Assembly: GCA_910577435.1 (NCBI GenBank) | Contig: CAJTLV010000005.1 | Location: forward strand, 7,080-71,079 | Length of the DNA: 64,000 nt | Source of the DNA: an uncultured Christensenella sp. | GTDB lineage: Bacteria > Bacillota > Clostridia > Christensenellales > Pumilibacteraceae | Direction of reading: 5' to 3' | Part shown: one piece after another, positions 35,685-44,419 of the stretch | Layout of the letters: each line of letters begins with the position of its first letter | Numbering within the stretch: position 1 is the first letter of the stretch | Notes under the pieces: model-generated | Database searches by the model: none | Told to the model about the DNA's origin: nothing | Seen by the model: the letters and a program-made list of their open reading frames with translations, nothing else | Translations under genes and position numbers: made by a program

Positions 35685-37126
35685 AAAGCTATTCTGCCGA
35701 ACTCGAATTCATAACCGAAAAAATGCAAACCGCTTACGAGCGGTACGCGCGAGGAGATCTCGGCTCGGTCGAACAGAAATCGGCGTTCGATCTGGTGACG
35801 GATATAGATAAAAACATCGAAGCGGAGCTTGTGGCGGCTATCGCAAACCGTTTCCCGACCGATGTCATTCACGGCGAAGAGACAACACACGACGAACTGA
35901 CCGAAAACAGAACGTGGACGATAGACCCCATCGACGGCACTTGCAATATGGCGAGCGGCGTTCCGCTTTACGGCGTGCAGTGCGCGCTGTTCGACGGCGG
36001 ACAACCCGTCGCGGCAGTTATATATATTCCCAATCTCGGCTATCTGATGACAGCCGAAAAAGGGTGCGGTTGCTATCTCAACGGCGAGCGCGTATACGTC
36101 AAACGCGACGGCACTGTCAATAATGCCGTAGCGAGCTTCGGCGATTATCCGCATACAAAAAATTCGCGCGTGGCAAAGCGCCAACACGCGGCTATCGCGG
36201 AACTTTACACGCAGATCGCAAAGATACGGATGTTCGGCGCGGCGTGCGCGGACTTTCTGTTCGTAGCGGCAGGCAAGACAGACTGCACGGTCGTGATCAC
36301 ACGCAATCTGTGGGACATAGCGCCGGGAATACTTATGTGTCGCGAAGCGGGCGCTGTCGTCGTAAACCTCGACGGCGAGCCCTACTCTTTCGGCGACGAC
36401 GGAGTTATCGCCTGCGCGAGCGCCGAGCTTGCCAAAGTATTCACGAGTGCATTCGACAATAGGTTTTCGATCGGCGGTTCGCCGCGCAAATACAAAGCTG
36501 TCATATTCGACTTCGACGGCGTGATCTTCGACACCGAAAAATACCACTATGCGGCGTGGAACGTCGCGGCGAAAACGGTAGGCGCGCACATTAAGCCCGA
36601 AGAATACATTCCGCTCAAAAGCACGGGCAGCGACAATATAATCGATCATATCGAGCGACGCGCGGGGCGCAAGCTGACCGCCGCCGAGCGCAAAAACATT
36701 AGAGCGGTAAAGCTGACGGAATACGACAAATCGATCGCCGAAATGTCCGAACGCGACTTTTTGTCGGGCGCGTTCGAGCTGATCGAACTTCTTTCCAGCC
36801 GTGCGGTCAAAATAGGCATTGCAACATCCGCATCGAAATGCAAGGATATATTGAGCAACTTCGGAAAACTCGATATATTCGACTGCATAGCCGACGGCAC
36901 GCTCGCCTGCCCCAAAAAGCCGTCGCCCGATATTTACGTCGCAGCGGCAAAAATGCTGAACGTCGATCCCAAAGACTGCCTTGTCATAGAGGACGCAATA
37001 TCGGGGATAGAATCGGGACACGCCGCAGGCGCGGGCGTTATAGCCGTCGGCGGAATAAAATCGGATAAAGCGTTTGCGTGCGTAAATTCGCTCGACGAAA
37101 TTCTCGACACGGTCAAGTTCGATTAG
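35681..37126 (+). CDS. fusion of an inositol-monophosphatase/CysQ-family phosphatase and a HAD-IA (beta-phosphoglucomutase-like) hydrolase
   Basis: 481 aa. IMPase motifs HGEETT, WTIDPIDGTCN, LWDIAPGILMCREAGA. HAD motifs I DFDGVIFDT, II IATSAS, III KKPSPD, IV EDAISGIESG. ATGA overlap with the TIR gene, and AAGGAGG 7 nt upstream. Confidence 0.85.
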   Translation: MKSYSAELEFITEKMQTAYERYARGDLGSVEQKSAFDLVTDIDKNIEAELVAAIANRFPTDVIHGEETTHDELTENRTWTIDPIDGTCNMASGVPLYGVQCALFDGGQPVAAVIYIPNLGYLMTAEKGCGCYLNGERVYVKRDGTVNNAVASFGDYPHTKNSRVAKRQHAAIAELYTQIAKIRMFGAACADFLFVAAGKTDCTVVITRNLWDIAPGILMCREAGAVVVNLDGEPYSFGDDGVIACASAELAKVFTSAFDNRFSIGGSPRKYKAVIFDFDGVIFDTEKYHYAAWNVAAKTVGAHIKPEEYIPLKSTGSDNIIDHIERRAGRKLTAAERKNIRAVKLTEYDKSIAEMSERDFLSGAFELIELLSSRAVKIGIATSASKCKDILSNFGKLDIFDCIADGTLACPKKPSPDIYVAAAKMLNVDPKDCLVIEDAISGIESGHAAGAGVIAVGGIKSDKAFACVNSLDEILDTVKFD

Positions 37127-37166
37127 TTAAATATTTATACCGCGTCATTCGATCCCGCATATCGCA

Positions 37167-39119
37167 TTATTCGATAGGCGTATTGTTTATCTTATACTCG
37201 ACGCGGGCGAAAAGCCGTCTTTCGACGGTTTTTTTTGCGCGCTTGATCTCGCGTTTCACGGTGCGCGCGTCTATTTCCCGCGCGGGCAATTTAGGTTTTT
37301 TTACGAACGGCACTTTGAGAAGTTTTTCTATTTCGGGCGCGGTCGGTTTAAGTTTGTCTCCCGTTGCGTAATATGACGGCGCCTCGCGCTCGGTAAGTCC
37401 GATCGCCGTCTTTTTTTCGCCGTCCAGTTTGAAAGCACAACGCGCGCGTATATCGGCAGACGAAAACCCTATTGCCGCCTCGTACTTGCCGCCGAGCGTT
37501 TTGAACGATCCGTCGTTCACATCGAACAGCGCCAAATCCTCAGCATCGATGACGAGTTCGACATTTTCGGACTCGCCCGAACCCAACTCGACGCGCGAAA
37601 ACGCGCACAGTTTACCGCTTAATCCGTAAGCGCCCTTACCGCAGTATGTTACGTATACCTGAACCGAAGTCGTGCCGCGCACCGCTCCGACGTTTTTAAC
37701 GTCAAGCGACACTACGGCGGTATTGCCGACCACCGTTATCTTCGGCTTACCTAAGTCGAATGTCGTGTAGCCGAGTCCGTGTCCGAACGGGAACAGAACG
37801 TCGGCGTTTGCGAAATTATCGAAATACGTATGCCCCGCATAAACAGAGGTGTATCGGAAATCGCCTCTGTCGGCGTAAACTGGGTTATTCGCAGGGTAAG
37901 CCGAACGCGACTTGCACCACGTAAACGGCAGTCTGCCGCGCGGCTCGCGCCGTTTTACCAACGTTTCTATATCCGCCGCAGTTTCGAAGTACGGGCAGAA
38001 AACGACTGCGTTTACACTGTCTATGAACGGCAGTTCCGCCGCGCAGTCGCCGCACAGCGCTACGACAACCCTGCGCGACTTCGCCGCGCTTTCCATCGCG
38101 CGAACCGCATCGTCGGGGATGCCGCCGAAATATTCGGTCACGGCGAATACCGCGACGTCCGCACTTGTACGCGCAGCATCTTTTATGGGACGAACCTTAC
38201 ACTTGCCGTCGTCGAACATAGACGGATCGCCGAAAATTTCGACGCTCAATCCGTCTGCGGGAAGGACGCCGTCGTTTTTGAGCAATACCGCACTCGCAAA
38301 AAACATATCCGCGTCGGCAGGCGTGCGGTCGAACTGTTTTTTATAAAACCCGTGCGTTTTTGCGACTGTTGCCACGATACGCTCGACCGCCCGCGCAGTC
38401 TTGTTTTCGAGCATTTTTCCGTCTACGACCGCCCGCGCTATCTTGCGTCTGTCTGCATTGTCCATACCGAGCTGATACGCGCCGCAAGCCGACAGGCTTT
38501 CGACGCCGCGACAGCGCGTCATTATCACGGCGTCGGGCGGCACGAACGCCGAAAGGAGTTCTGCGGTACTACGCGTCGCGCCGACTTCTTCTCCGCCTAA
38601 GTATCCGCCGTCGAGTAAAAGCCCCGCCGCCTTTTTCCCCGCCTTTCGAAGCGGACGCAGGTACACTTCGCGGAGCGCGCGAACGTCTGCCGTGCGGTAG
38701 CCGTATTCGCCCTGACCGAGCGCGCCCGTGTAGACGTAGCCGAGCACGCCGCCGTCCGCCGCCGCACAGAGAAGCGTGCTTGCGAGATACGGGTCTTCCG
38801 AAAAACACCCGCTCGCATCGAGCCGCATCGGGTCGAGCATTAATCCGCAACCGACAGTTCCCGCAAAAGCGAGACGGGCGCGCGCCGCATCCTGCGATCG
38901 GGTTTTGCTCACCGCCGCAACGGTTTCCGGCGAAAACGTACAGCCGAGCGCAAGCTCGGACGGAACGTTTACCGCATACGGAAAAAGAGAGCACCCGAAA
39001 TCGACGCTCTCCACTCTTAGTCTGTCCACGCTCGCCGTCACCGTTCCGCCGCCTGCAAGCGACAGTCTTTCGGCAAGGGTCATTTGCGCTATTACGCTGC
39101 GAACGCGCTCAATATCCAT
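37167..39119 (-). CDS. glycoside hydrolase family 3-like protein
   Basis: 650 aa. The GH3 C-terminal alpha/beta sandwich and Fn3-like region are recognisable (FPFGHGLGYTTF, VKNVGAVRGTTSVQVY). I could not place the N-terminal catalytic-domain motifs, so activity is uncertain. Confidence 0.6.
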   Translation of the reverse strand: MDIERVRSVIAQMTLAERLSLAGGGTVTASVDRLRVESVDFGCSLFPYAVNVPSELALGCTFSPETVAAVSKTRSQDAARARLAFAGTVGCGLMLDPMRLDASGCFSEDPYLASTLLCAAADGGVLGYVYTGALGQGEYGYRTADVRALREVYLRPLRKAGKKAAGLLLDGGYLGGEEVGATRSTAELLSAFVPPDAVIMTRCRGVESLSACGAYQLGMDNADRRKIARAVVDGKMLENKTARAVERIVATVAKTHGFYKKQFDRTPADADMFFASAVLLKNDGVLPADGLSVEIFGDPSMFDDGKCKVRPIKDAARTSADVAVFAVTEYFGGIPDDAVRAMESAAKSRRVVVALCGDCAAELPFIDSVNAVVFCPYFETAADIETLVKRREPRGRLPFTWCKSRSAYPANNPVYADRGDFRYTSVYAGHTYFDNFANADVLFPFGHGLGYTTFDLGKPKITVVGNTAVVSLDVKNVGAVRGTTSVQVYVTYCGKGAYGLSGKLCAFSRVELGSGESENVELVIDAEDLALFDVNDGSFKTLGGKYEAAIGFSSADIRARCAFKLDGEKKTAIGLTEREAPSYYATGDKLKPTAPEIEKLLKVPFVKKPKLPAREIDARTVKREIKRAKKTVERRLFARVEYKINNTPIE

Positions 39120-39660
39120 TCTTGAACAAAGTCTCGACGTAGATCATTCCCACGCCCGTGTATTTATATATTTCGAGACGGTCGCGATACTCGTAGATAA
39201 ACTGTCCTTCGACGCGCTTGTTTTTGAAAACAAGCGGACGTTCCGCCGTCTGCAAAGGCTGATTCGAATATGCTCGCGCAGAGGGATCGTAACCCGCTTG
39301 ACCGCCGTTACCGTAACCGACCGAACCGCCGATCGAATTATTCGTTCCGAATCCGTTTCCGACGTTGCCCGATCCGCTCCCGACGTTCAAGCCGAAAGCG
39401 CTCGGCTCGTTAGTTCCGTAATTATTCGGAATAAAGCTCTGCTGTTCGGGCGCGGTCGGTTCTTGCGCCGGCCTTTGCGCATCGACGCCGTTCTGCTGCG
39501 AGTACCGAACATCACCCGAAAATTGCATTGCGCTCACGTCAGACTCGCCGTAGTGAACGGGCCGGATGTTCTCTTCCGTATGCGGTACGCATCGCGTCAA
39601 ATCGGAATAATCTCTGTTGTCCGCCGTGCGCGTGTAATCGAAGCTGTTTCTGTTTCTCAT
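39109..39660 (-). CDS. hypothetical protein with a Gly/Asn/Ser-rich low-complexity centre
   Basis: 183 aa. 11-nt overlap with the GH3 start. No family recognised. Confidence 0.45.
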   Translation of the reverse strand: MRNRNSFDYTRTADNRDYSDLTRCVPHTEENIRPVHYGESDVSAMQFSGDVRYSQQNGVDAQRPAQEPTAPEQQSFIPNNYGTNEPSAFGLNVGSGSGNVGNGFGTNNSIGGSVGYGNGGQAGYDPSARAYSNQPLQTAERPLVFKNKRVEGQFIYEYRDRLEIYKYTGVGMIYVETLFKNGY

Positions 39661-39706
39661 ATTAATGCGTTGCTCTCCTATACGTAGCTCTGTGATGCCG
39701 TCGAGG

Positions 39707-40984
39707 CTAAGCTTTCAAAACGTCTACGCCTACAAACTCGCGCAATACTTTGGGCACGGTGACAGATCCGTCCGCATTCTGATACTGTTCCACAAGTGCC
39801 GGAAGGATACGGCTCGTCGCAAGACCGGAGCCGTTGAGAGTGTGCACATACCCGATCTTTCCGTCGGCGGCGCGGTAACGCGTCATATTGCGGCGCGCCT
39901 GATAGTCGTTTGCATTGGAGACCGAGCTGACTTCTTTATAAATACCCATTGACGGGATCCATACTTCTATATCGTAAGTGCGCGCCATAGACGCCGAGCA
40001 ATCGCCCGCCGCGAGCTTGCTCAATCTGTAATGCAATCCCAAACCCTCGACGAGCGCGCAAGCCTTATTAAGCAATTCTTCGAACGCCTGTTTCGACGTT
40101 TCGGGGGTGGTCACCTGAACCATTTCCACTTTGTCGAACTGGTGTCCGCGAATCATTCCGCGTTCTTCGGCACGGTAACTGCCCGCTTCCTTGCGGTAGC
40201 AAGGCGTATATGCGAATAATTTTTTGGGCAACTCGTTTTCGCTCAGTATTTCACCGCGATACAGGTTGACGAGCGCAGTCTCCGCAGTCGGAAGCAAGAA
40301 CCGACGCGCGGCGAGTTCTTCGCCCGTCTCGATTCGATACACGTCGTCCTCGAACTTGGGGAACTGCCCCGCGCCCAAACCGCATTCGTAATTGAGCATA
40401 TGCGGCGGCAGAATGAACGTGTAGCCGTCCGCAGTGTGCGTCTTAATGAAGTAAGTGAGAAGCGCCCACTCTATCTGCGCGCCGAGACCGGTATACAGCC
40501 AAGACCCGTTGCCCGCGAGTTTAACGCCGCGCTCGTAATCGATGAGGTGCAGACTTTCGCAAAGCTCGACGTGATTTTTTATCGCGAAATCGAAGCTCGG
40601 CTTTTCGCCCCAGACTTTGATTACTTCATTCTGTTCCTTGTCTCCCGCCACGACGTCCGGATCGGGTATATTCGGCAAACACAAAAGCGCGTTGCGAAGC
40701 TCCGCCTCGACGGCTTTCAGTTTTTCGTCGGCGGCAGAGATCTCGTCGCCTATCTCGCGCATTTTGGCAAAGATGGGCGCAACGTCCGCACCGCTCTTTT
40801 TAAGGCGGGGAATGTCTGCGCTGACCTTGTTCTTTTCGGCTTTGAGCGCTTCCGTTCCTCCGATGATCTCGCGGCGCTTTACGTCGAGCGCGAGGATCGA
40901 ATCGAGATCGGCGGCGTAGCCGCGCTTTGCGAGCGCCGCTTGTACTTTGGCGGCATCCTGTCTTATGAGATTAATGTCTATCAT
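39707..40984 (-). CDS. serS: serine--tRNA ligase
   Basis: 425 aa. N-terminal coiled-coil arm and class II motifs (FRKEAGS, GSGLATSR). Confidence 0.97.
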   Translation of the reverse strand: MIDINLIRQDAAKVQAALAKRGYAADLDSILALDVKRREIIGGTEALKAEKNKVSADIPRLKKSGADVAPIFAKMREIGDEISAADEKLKAVEAELRNALLCLPNIPDPDVVAGDKEQNEVIKVWGEKPSFDFAIKNHVELCESLHLIDYERGVKLAGNGSWLYTGLGAQIEWALLTYFIKTHTADGYTFILPPHMLNYECGLGAGQFPKFEDDVYRIETGEELAARRFLLPTAETALVNLYRGEILSENELPKKLFAYTPCYRKEAGSYRAEERGMIRGHQFDKVEMVQVTTPETSKQAFEELLNKACALVEGLGLHYRLSKLAAGDCSASMARTYDIEVWIPSMGIYKEVSSVSNANDYQARRNMTRYRAADGKIGYVHTLNGSGLATSRILPALVEQYQNADGSVTVPKVLREFVGVDVLKA

Positions 40985-41067
40985 AGCGTATTTCCTTATC
41001 GGCGACTTATTCGAAAGTTCTTCCTATATTGTAAACCAATGCGCTACGAAAATCAACCCTTGAACGT

Positions 41068-42696
41068 CTATTTTCTGCTTTTTCCCGACACTTTTTTGGA
41101 TCGACGAACCGCGCGTCCGTTCTTTATTTCCGCTATCGTCGACTTTATGTCTATAACCCCCGTTGCTATAACGCCAGCAACGTAGCATATAACGAACAAC
41201 GCCGCGCCGACCACGTTTTGCCAAAGATACGCCAAAGACAGCGCGCGCGATAGATACACTCCCCCTACGAATGCCGCGCACGCGACAGCGGCAAAGACCG
41301 TCGGCAGAATGAAAGCACGCAATATATCCGCGCCGATAGCGGACTGTTTGTATGCCCGCCGCACGGTAAGCGTCGCCGCGACCGCGTAGAATGCCGCCGT
41401 CGCGCCCGCCGCGCCTATTATGCCGAAAGCACGCACCAGTAACGGCGTAAGCGCGACCTTGACGCACGCGCCGATAACGAGGTTTATCACCGGCAAGTGC
41501 GCTTTGTTATTCGCTTGCAGGACCGTAGTGCCGAGCTGTAACACGCCCGAATAGAACACGGCTATGCCCTGTATCCTGAGCAGTCTTGCGGCGGTTTCGA
41601 GCTGTTCGGCGGTAAGTCCGCGCCTGTACAGCGTGCCGCATATCCTGTCGGGAAAAAGCATAAACGCGGCTGTCATCGGAATGGCGAACAGCATTATCCA
41701 TTTAGTCGCGGCGCGCACGGTTTCCGCGCCGCCGTCGCCGCGCTCTACTGCGGAAGTCAGCGCCGGCAGGAACGCAACGGCAAAAGACAGCACTACGACC
41801 GACGGCATATTGACGAGCGTACCCACCGGACCTACGAAAAGCCCGAACAGCGCAGTAGCATACTCTCTCCCCGCGCCGCCGCCTATGAGAAGATTTATGA
41901 CGAGTACGGAATCTATCATCTGCGTTATCGGCAAAACGAGCGAACCGAGCGTGACGGGAAGCGCGAAAGAATACAGTTCTTTAAGCAACTCCCGATCGGT
42001 GACGATAACCGCGTCGGTCGCCGCTTCCGTCGCGAGTTCCGGTCTTGTCGTGCGGACGATACGTTTTTTCCGCGCTATCAATGCGCGAAGTGCGAGATAC
42101 GCGAGGGCGACAAACTCGCTGGCGGATACGCCGATGAGCGCTCCCGCGACGGCGAAACGCACTCCGCGCCCGATAAGGATCCTACTCAGCCCCAGCCCCA
42201 ACAGCAATTTTATTACTTGTTCGATGAGTTGGCTCACGCCGCTGGGCGTCATATTGGACTTGCCCTGAAAATATCCGCGCAGTACGCTTATGCCGCCCGC
42301 AAACAAAAGCGACGGAGCAAGAGCGAGATATGCGACGCCCGCGTCCGTATTACCCTGAATGCCCGAAATGACGTTACGCAGCAGCGCCACCGCGACAGCC
42401 GCGACCGCAGACGTAGCGCCGAGCGGAATGAACGCCGCCCGCGCCGCACGCCCCGCAGTCTTGTCGTCGCCGAGCGCTGTATACTTTGCGACGACGCGCG
42501 ACACCGCGCTCACCGCTCCGCCGCCGCAGAAAGCGAGCAGCACAGTGTACAGCGGAAACACCATTTGGTACAGTCCCATACCTTCCGCGCCCACTATGTT
42601 AGTGAGCGGCACTCTGTACAGTGCGCCTATCAGCTTGGCGACAATGCCTATTACGGCGAGTACAGCCGCCGACCGTCCGAAACTACGCGTTTTCAT
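41068..42696 (-). CDS. MOP-superfamily polysaccharide/lipid II flippase (SpoVB / MurJ-like)
   Basis: ORF 41068..42771. Likely start MKTRSFGRSAAVLAVIGIVAKLIGALYRVPLTNIVGAEGMGLYQMVFPLY (42696). About 14 TM segments. Confidence 0.8.
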   Translation of the reverse strand: MKTRSFGRSAAVLAVIGIVAKLIGALYRVPLTNIVGAEGMGLYQMVFPLYTVLLAFCGGGAVSAVSRVVAKYTALGDDKTAGRAARAAFIPLGATSAVAAVAVALLRNVISGIQGNTDAGVAYLALAPSLLFAGGISVLRGYFQGKSNMTPSGVSQLIEQVIKLLLGLGLSRILIGRGVRFAVAGALIGVSASEFVALAYLALRALIARKKRIVRTTRPELATEAATDAVIVTDRELLKELYSFALPVTLGSLVLPITQMIDSVLVINLLIGGGAGREYATALFGLFVGPVGTLVNMPSVVVLSFAVAFLPALTSAVERGDGGAETVRAATKWIMLFAIPMTAAFMLFPDRICGTLYRRGLTAEQLETAARLLRIQGIAVFYSGVLQLGTTVLQANNKAHLPVINLVIGACVKVALTPLLVRAFGIIGAAGATAAFYAVAATLTVRRAYKQSAIGADILRAFILPTVFAAVACAAFVGGVYLSRALSLAYLWQNVVGAALFVICYVAGVIATGVIDIKSTIAEIKNGRAVRRSKKVSGKSRK

Positions 42697-42908
42697 TCGG
42701 ATAGTATGCGCAAAGGCAACGCCGATTACTTGTAGCGAGCGCGCGACAGCGATTATCCGATATTTCCGCAACGCCGCAACCGACGCGTATCCATTTTGAG
42801 CTTGATAGCAAATATATATCGCGCTACCCGCCGTTTTTCCAACGGTTTATATAGTACGGATCGTCGGTGCGGCACAAAAAGTTCTCCCGCCGCGCTTATT
42901 ATCGGCAC

Positions 42909-42937
42909 AAAAAAAACGCCCGAACGGTTCGAGCGTT
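42909..42937 (-). terminator. intrinsic terminator of the ferredoxin gene
   Basis: Minus strand reads AACGCTCGA-accgt-TCGGGCGTT followed by T8. Confidence 0.6.
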
Positions 42938-42954
42938 CTTTTAGTTATGTTTGA

Positions 42955-43125
42955 TTATTCCGCTTTGATAGCGCCGGTGGGGCATTCGCCTTCGCACGCG
43001 CCGCAATCGATACAAGCGCCAGCGTCGACGACATACTTGCCGTCGCCCTCGCTGATAGCGCCTACGGGGCAAGCGCCCGCGCACGCGCCGCACGCAATAC
43101 ATTCGTCGGTTATGATATGTGCCAT
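42955..43125 (-). CDS. fdx: clostridial-type 2x[4Fe-4S] ferredoxin (56 aa, below the ORF-track cutoff)
   Basis: My translation is MAHIITDECIACGACAGACPVGAISEGDGKYVVDAGACIDCGACEGECPTGAIKAE. It has two CxxCxxCxxxCP motifs and GGGAGG 8 nt upstream. The listed 42941..43165 Arg-rich ORF is the wrong frame. Confidence 0.85.
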   Translation of the reverse strand: MAHIITDECIACGACAGACPVGAISEGDGKYVVDAGACIDCGACEGECPTGAIKAE

Positions 43126-43155
43126 CTCTGTCGACCTCCCATTTGTTATACGCTA

Positions 43156-43184
43156 AGTATACCATTTGTTTGGGCGTTTGTCAA
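43156..43184 (-). promoter_or_regulatory. consensus SigA-type promoter of fdx
   Basis: Minus strand reads TTGACA, a 17-nt spacer, then TATACT. Confidence 0.5.
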
Positions 43185-43240
43185 TACGGACGCGTTATTA
43201 TCTTCGGTTAGCAACTGCGAACATTTTTTATATTCCGGAT

Positions 43241-44419
43241 TTACGCTTCTCCGCCGTTTGCGTCCGAACGCGAGCTTCCGTTATTTGTTCCGTCACCGCC
43301 GTTTTGGTTGCGGGGCTTGCCGTCAATGCCGTCGCGGCCTTGGCCGAAATTCTTCTTATGCTTTTTCTTATTGCGCTTTTCGCCGCCGTTATTGTTTTCC
43401 GCGTTTCCGCTATTGCGATTGCCGTTATTGTCGTCGCGCTTGTTGCCGTCGTTACGGTTATTGTTCGCGTTTTTACCGTTTCGGTTGTCGCCGCGCCCGT
43501 TCTTTCCGCCGCCCTGACCGTTTCGGCTTTGGTCGTCGCGTTTCTGCTTCGCGTCGCCGTTGCGGTTTTGGCGGCATCCCTGTCCCCCGCCGTTATTTTG
43601 CGGCGCGCCGTCGATTTTGAGTTCTTCGAGCGGGAACTCGGCGAACTCGAAGTTTTCGTCGTTGCCGAAGCGAACGCGCACTTTTTCGCTGAGCGCCGTG
43701 ACGGACACAACCGTTCCGCGTCTGCCGTCGGGCGCAGTCACCCATGCGCCGTGCTTGGGCATACGTTTCATAATATCCTCGTAAGTCTTATTCTCATACG
43801 CAAGACAGCATAAAAGTCTGCCGCACATCCCGTTGATTTTTCCGGGATTCAGCGCGAGGTTCTGCGTCTTTGCCATCTTGATCGAAACGTGCGCCTCGTC
43901 GCATTCGAACCTGCCGCAACAGCACGGCATTCCGCACGGCGAAAGCGTTCCGATCAGCTTGCACTCGTCGCGCGAGCCGATCTGTCTCAGATCTATGCGC
44001 ATCTTGAACGCCGAAGCGAGATCGCGAACGAGATCGCGGAAGTCGACGCGTTGCTCGGCGGTAAAATACAGCACGAGTTTACTGTGGTCTACGGTAAATT
44101 CGCAGTCGACTATCTTCATATCCAGTCCGCGCGCCGCGACTTTTTCCTTAGCTGTCGCGAGTATATCGCGCTTTTTGTCCGCGTCTGCCGCCGCCGCGTC
44201 GAGGTCGGACTCAGTGGCTATGCGCATAATCGGTTTGAGCGGCGCTACCACTTTACTCCCGTCGACGTCGTGCGGCGGTTGAACTACCGTCGCAAGTTCC
44301 ACGCCGCGCTGGGTCTCGACTACGACCGACATTCCTTTTTCGTATTCTTCACCTTCCGTCGGCGCGAAAAAATATACGCGCGGCGACGTTCTGAATTTAA
44401 CTCCTATTACCTTCGGCAT
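43241..44419 (-). CDS. ricT: PSP1-domain regulator RicT (YaaT) with a ~120-aa Asn/Gly/Arg/Asp-rich C-terminal tail
   Basis: The first 270 aa match YaaT (SPCGMPCCCGRF, MCGRLLCCLAYE). Conserved holB-ricT order. The tail is GAPQNNGGGQGCRQNRNGDAKQKRDD...NGGDGTNNGSSRSDANGGEA. Confidence 0.9.
   Translation of the reverse strand: MPKVIGVKFRTSPRVYFFAPTEGEEYEKGMSVVVETQRGVELATVVQPPHDVDGSKVVAPLKPIMRIATESDLDAAAADADKKRDILATAKEKVAARGLDMKIVDCEFTVDHSKLVLYFTAEQRVDFRDLVRDLASAFKMRIDLRQIGSRDECKLIGTLSPCGMPCCCGRFECDEAHVSIKMAKTQNLALNPGKINGMCGRLLCCLAYENKTYEDIMKRMPKHGAWVTAPDGRRGTVVSVTALSEKVRVRFGNDENFEFAEFPLEELKIDGAPQNNGGGQGCRQNRNGDAKQKRDDQSRNGQGGGKNGRGDNRNGKNANNNRNDGNKRDDNNGNRNSGNAENNNGGEKRNKKKHKKNFGQGRDGIDGKPRNQNGGDGTNNGSSRSDANGGEA

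Noticed and set aside
35552-37021. A 489-aa minus-strand ORF covering the IMPase-HAD gene.
   Set aside because: It is antisense to a gene with unambiguous IMPase and HAD motifs. It has no recognisable motifs and no RBS. It is a shadow ORF.
38360-39142. Arg/Pro-rich ORFs 38360..39142 (+), 38569..38994 (-) and 37779..38600 (+).
   Set aside because: They overlap the GH3-like gene in other frames, and their composition is typical of GC-rich shadow ORFs.
42941-43165. A 74-aa Arg-rich minus-strand ORF from the track.
   Set aside because: It is the wrong frame of the 56-aa 2x[4Fe-4S] ferredoxin gene (42955..43125), which is the real feature.
43166-43813. ORFs 43166..43813 (+), 43228..43710 (-), 43117..43620 (+) and 43308..43517 (+).
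   Set aside because: All are alternative frames or strands of the quasi-repetitive DNA that encodes the RicT low-complexity tail.
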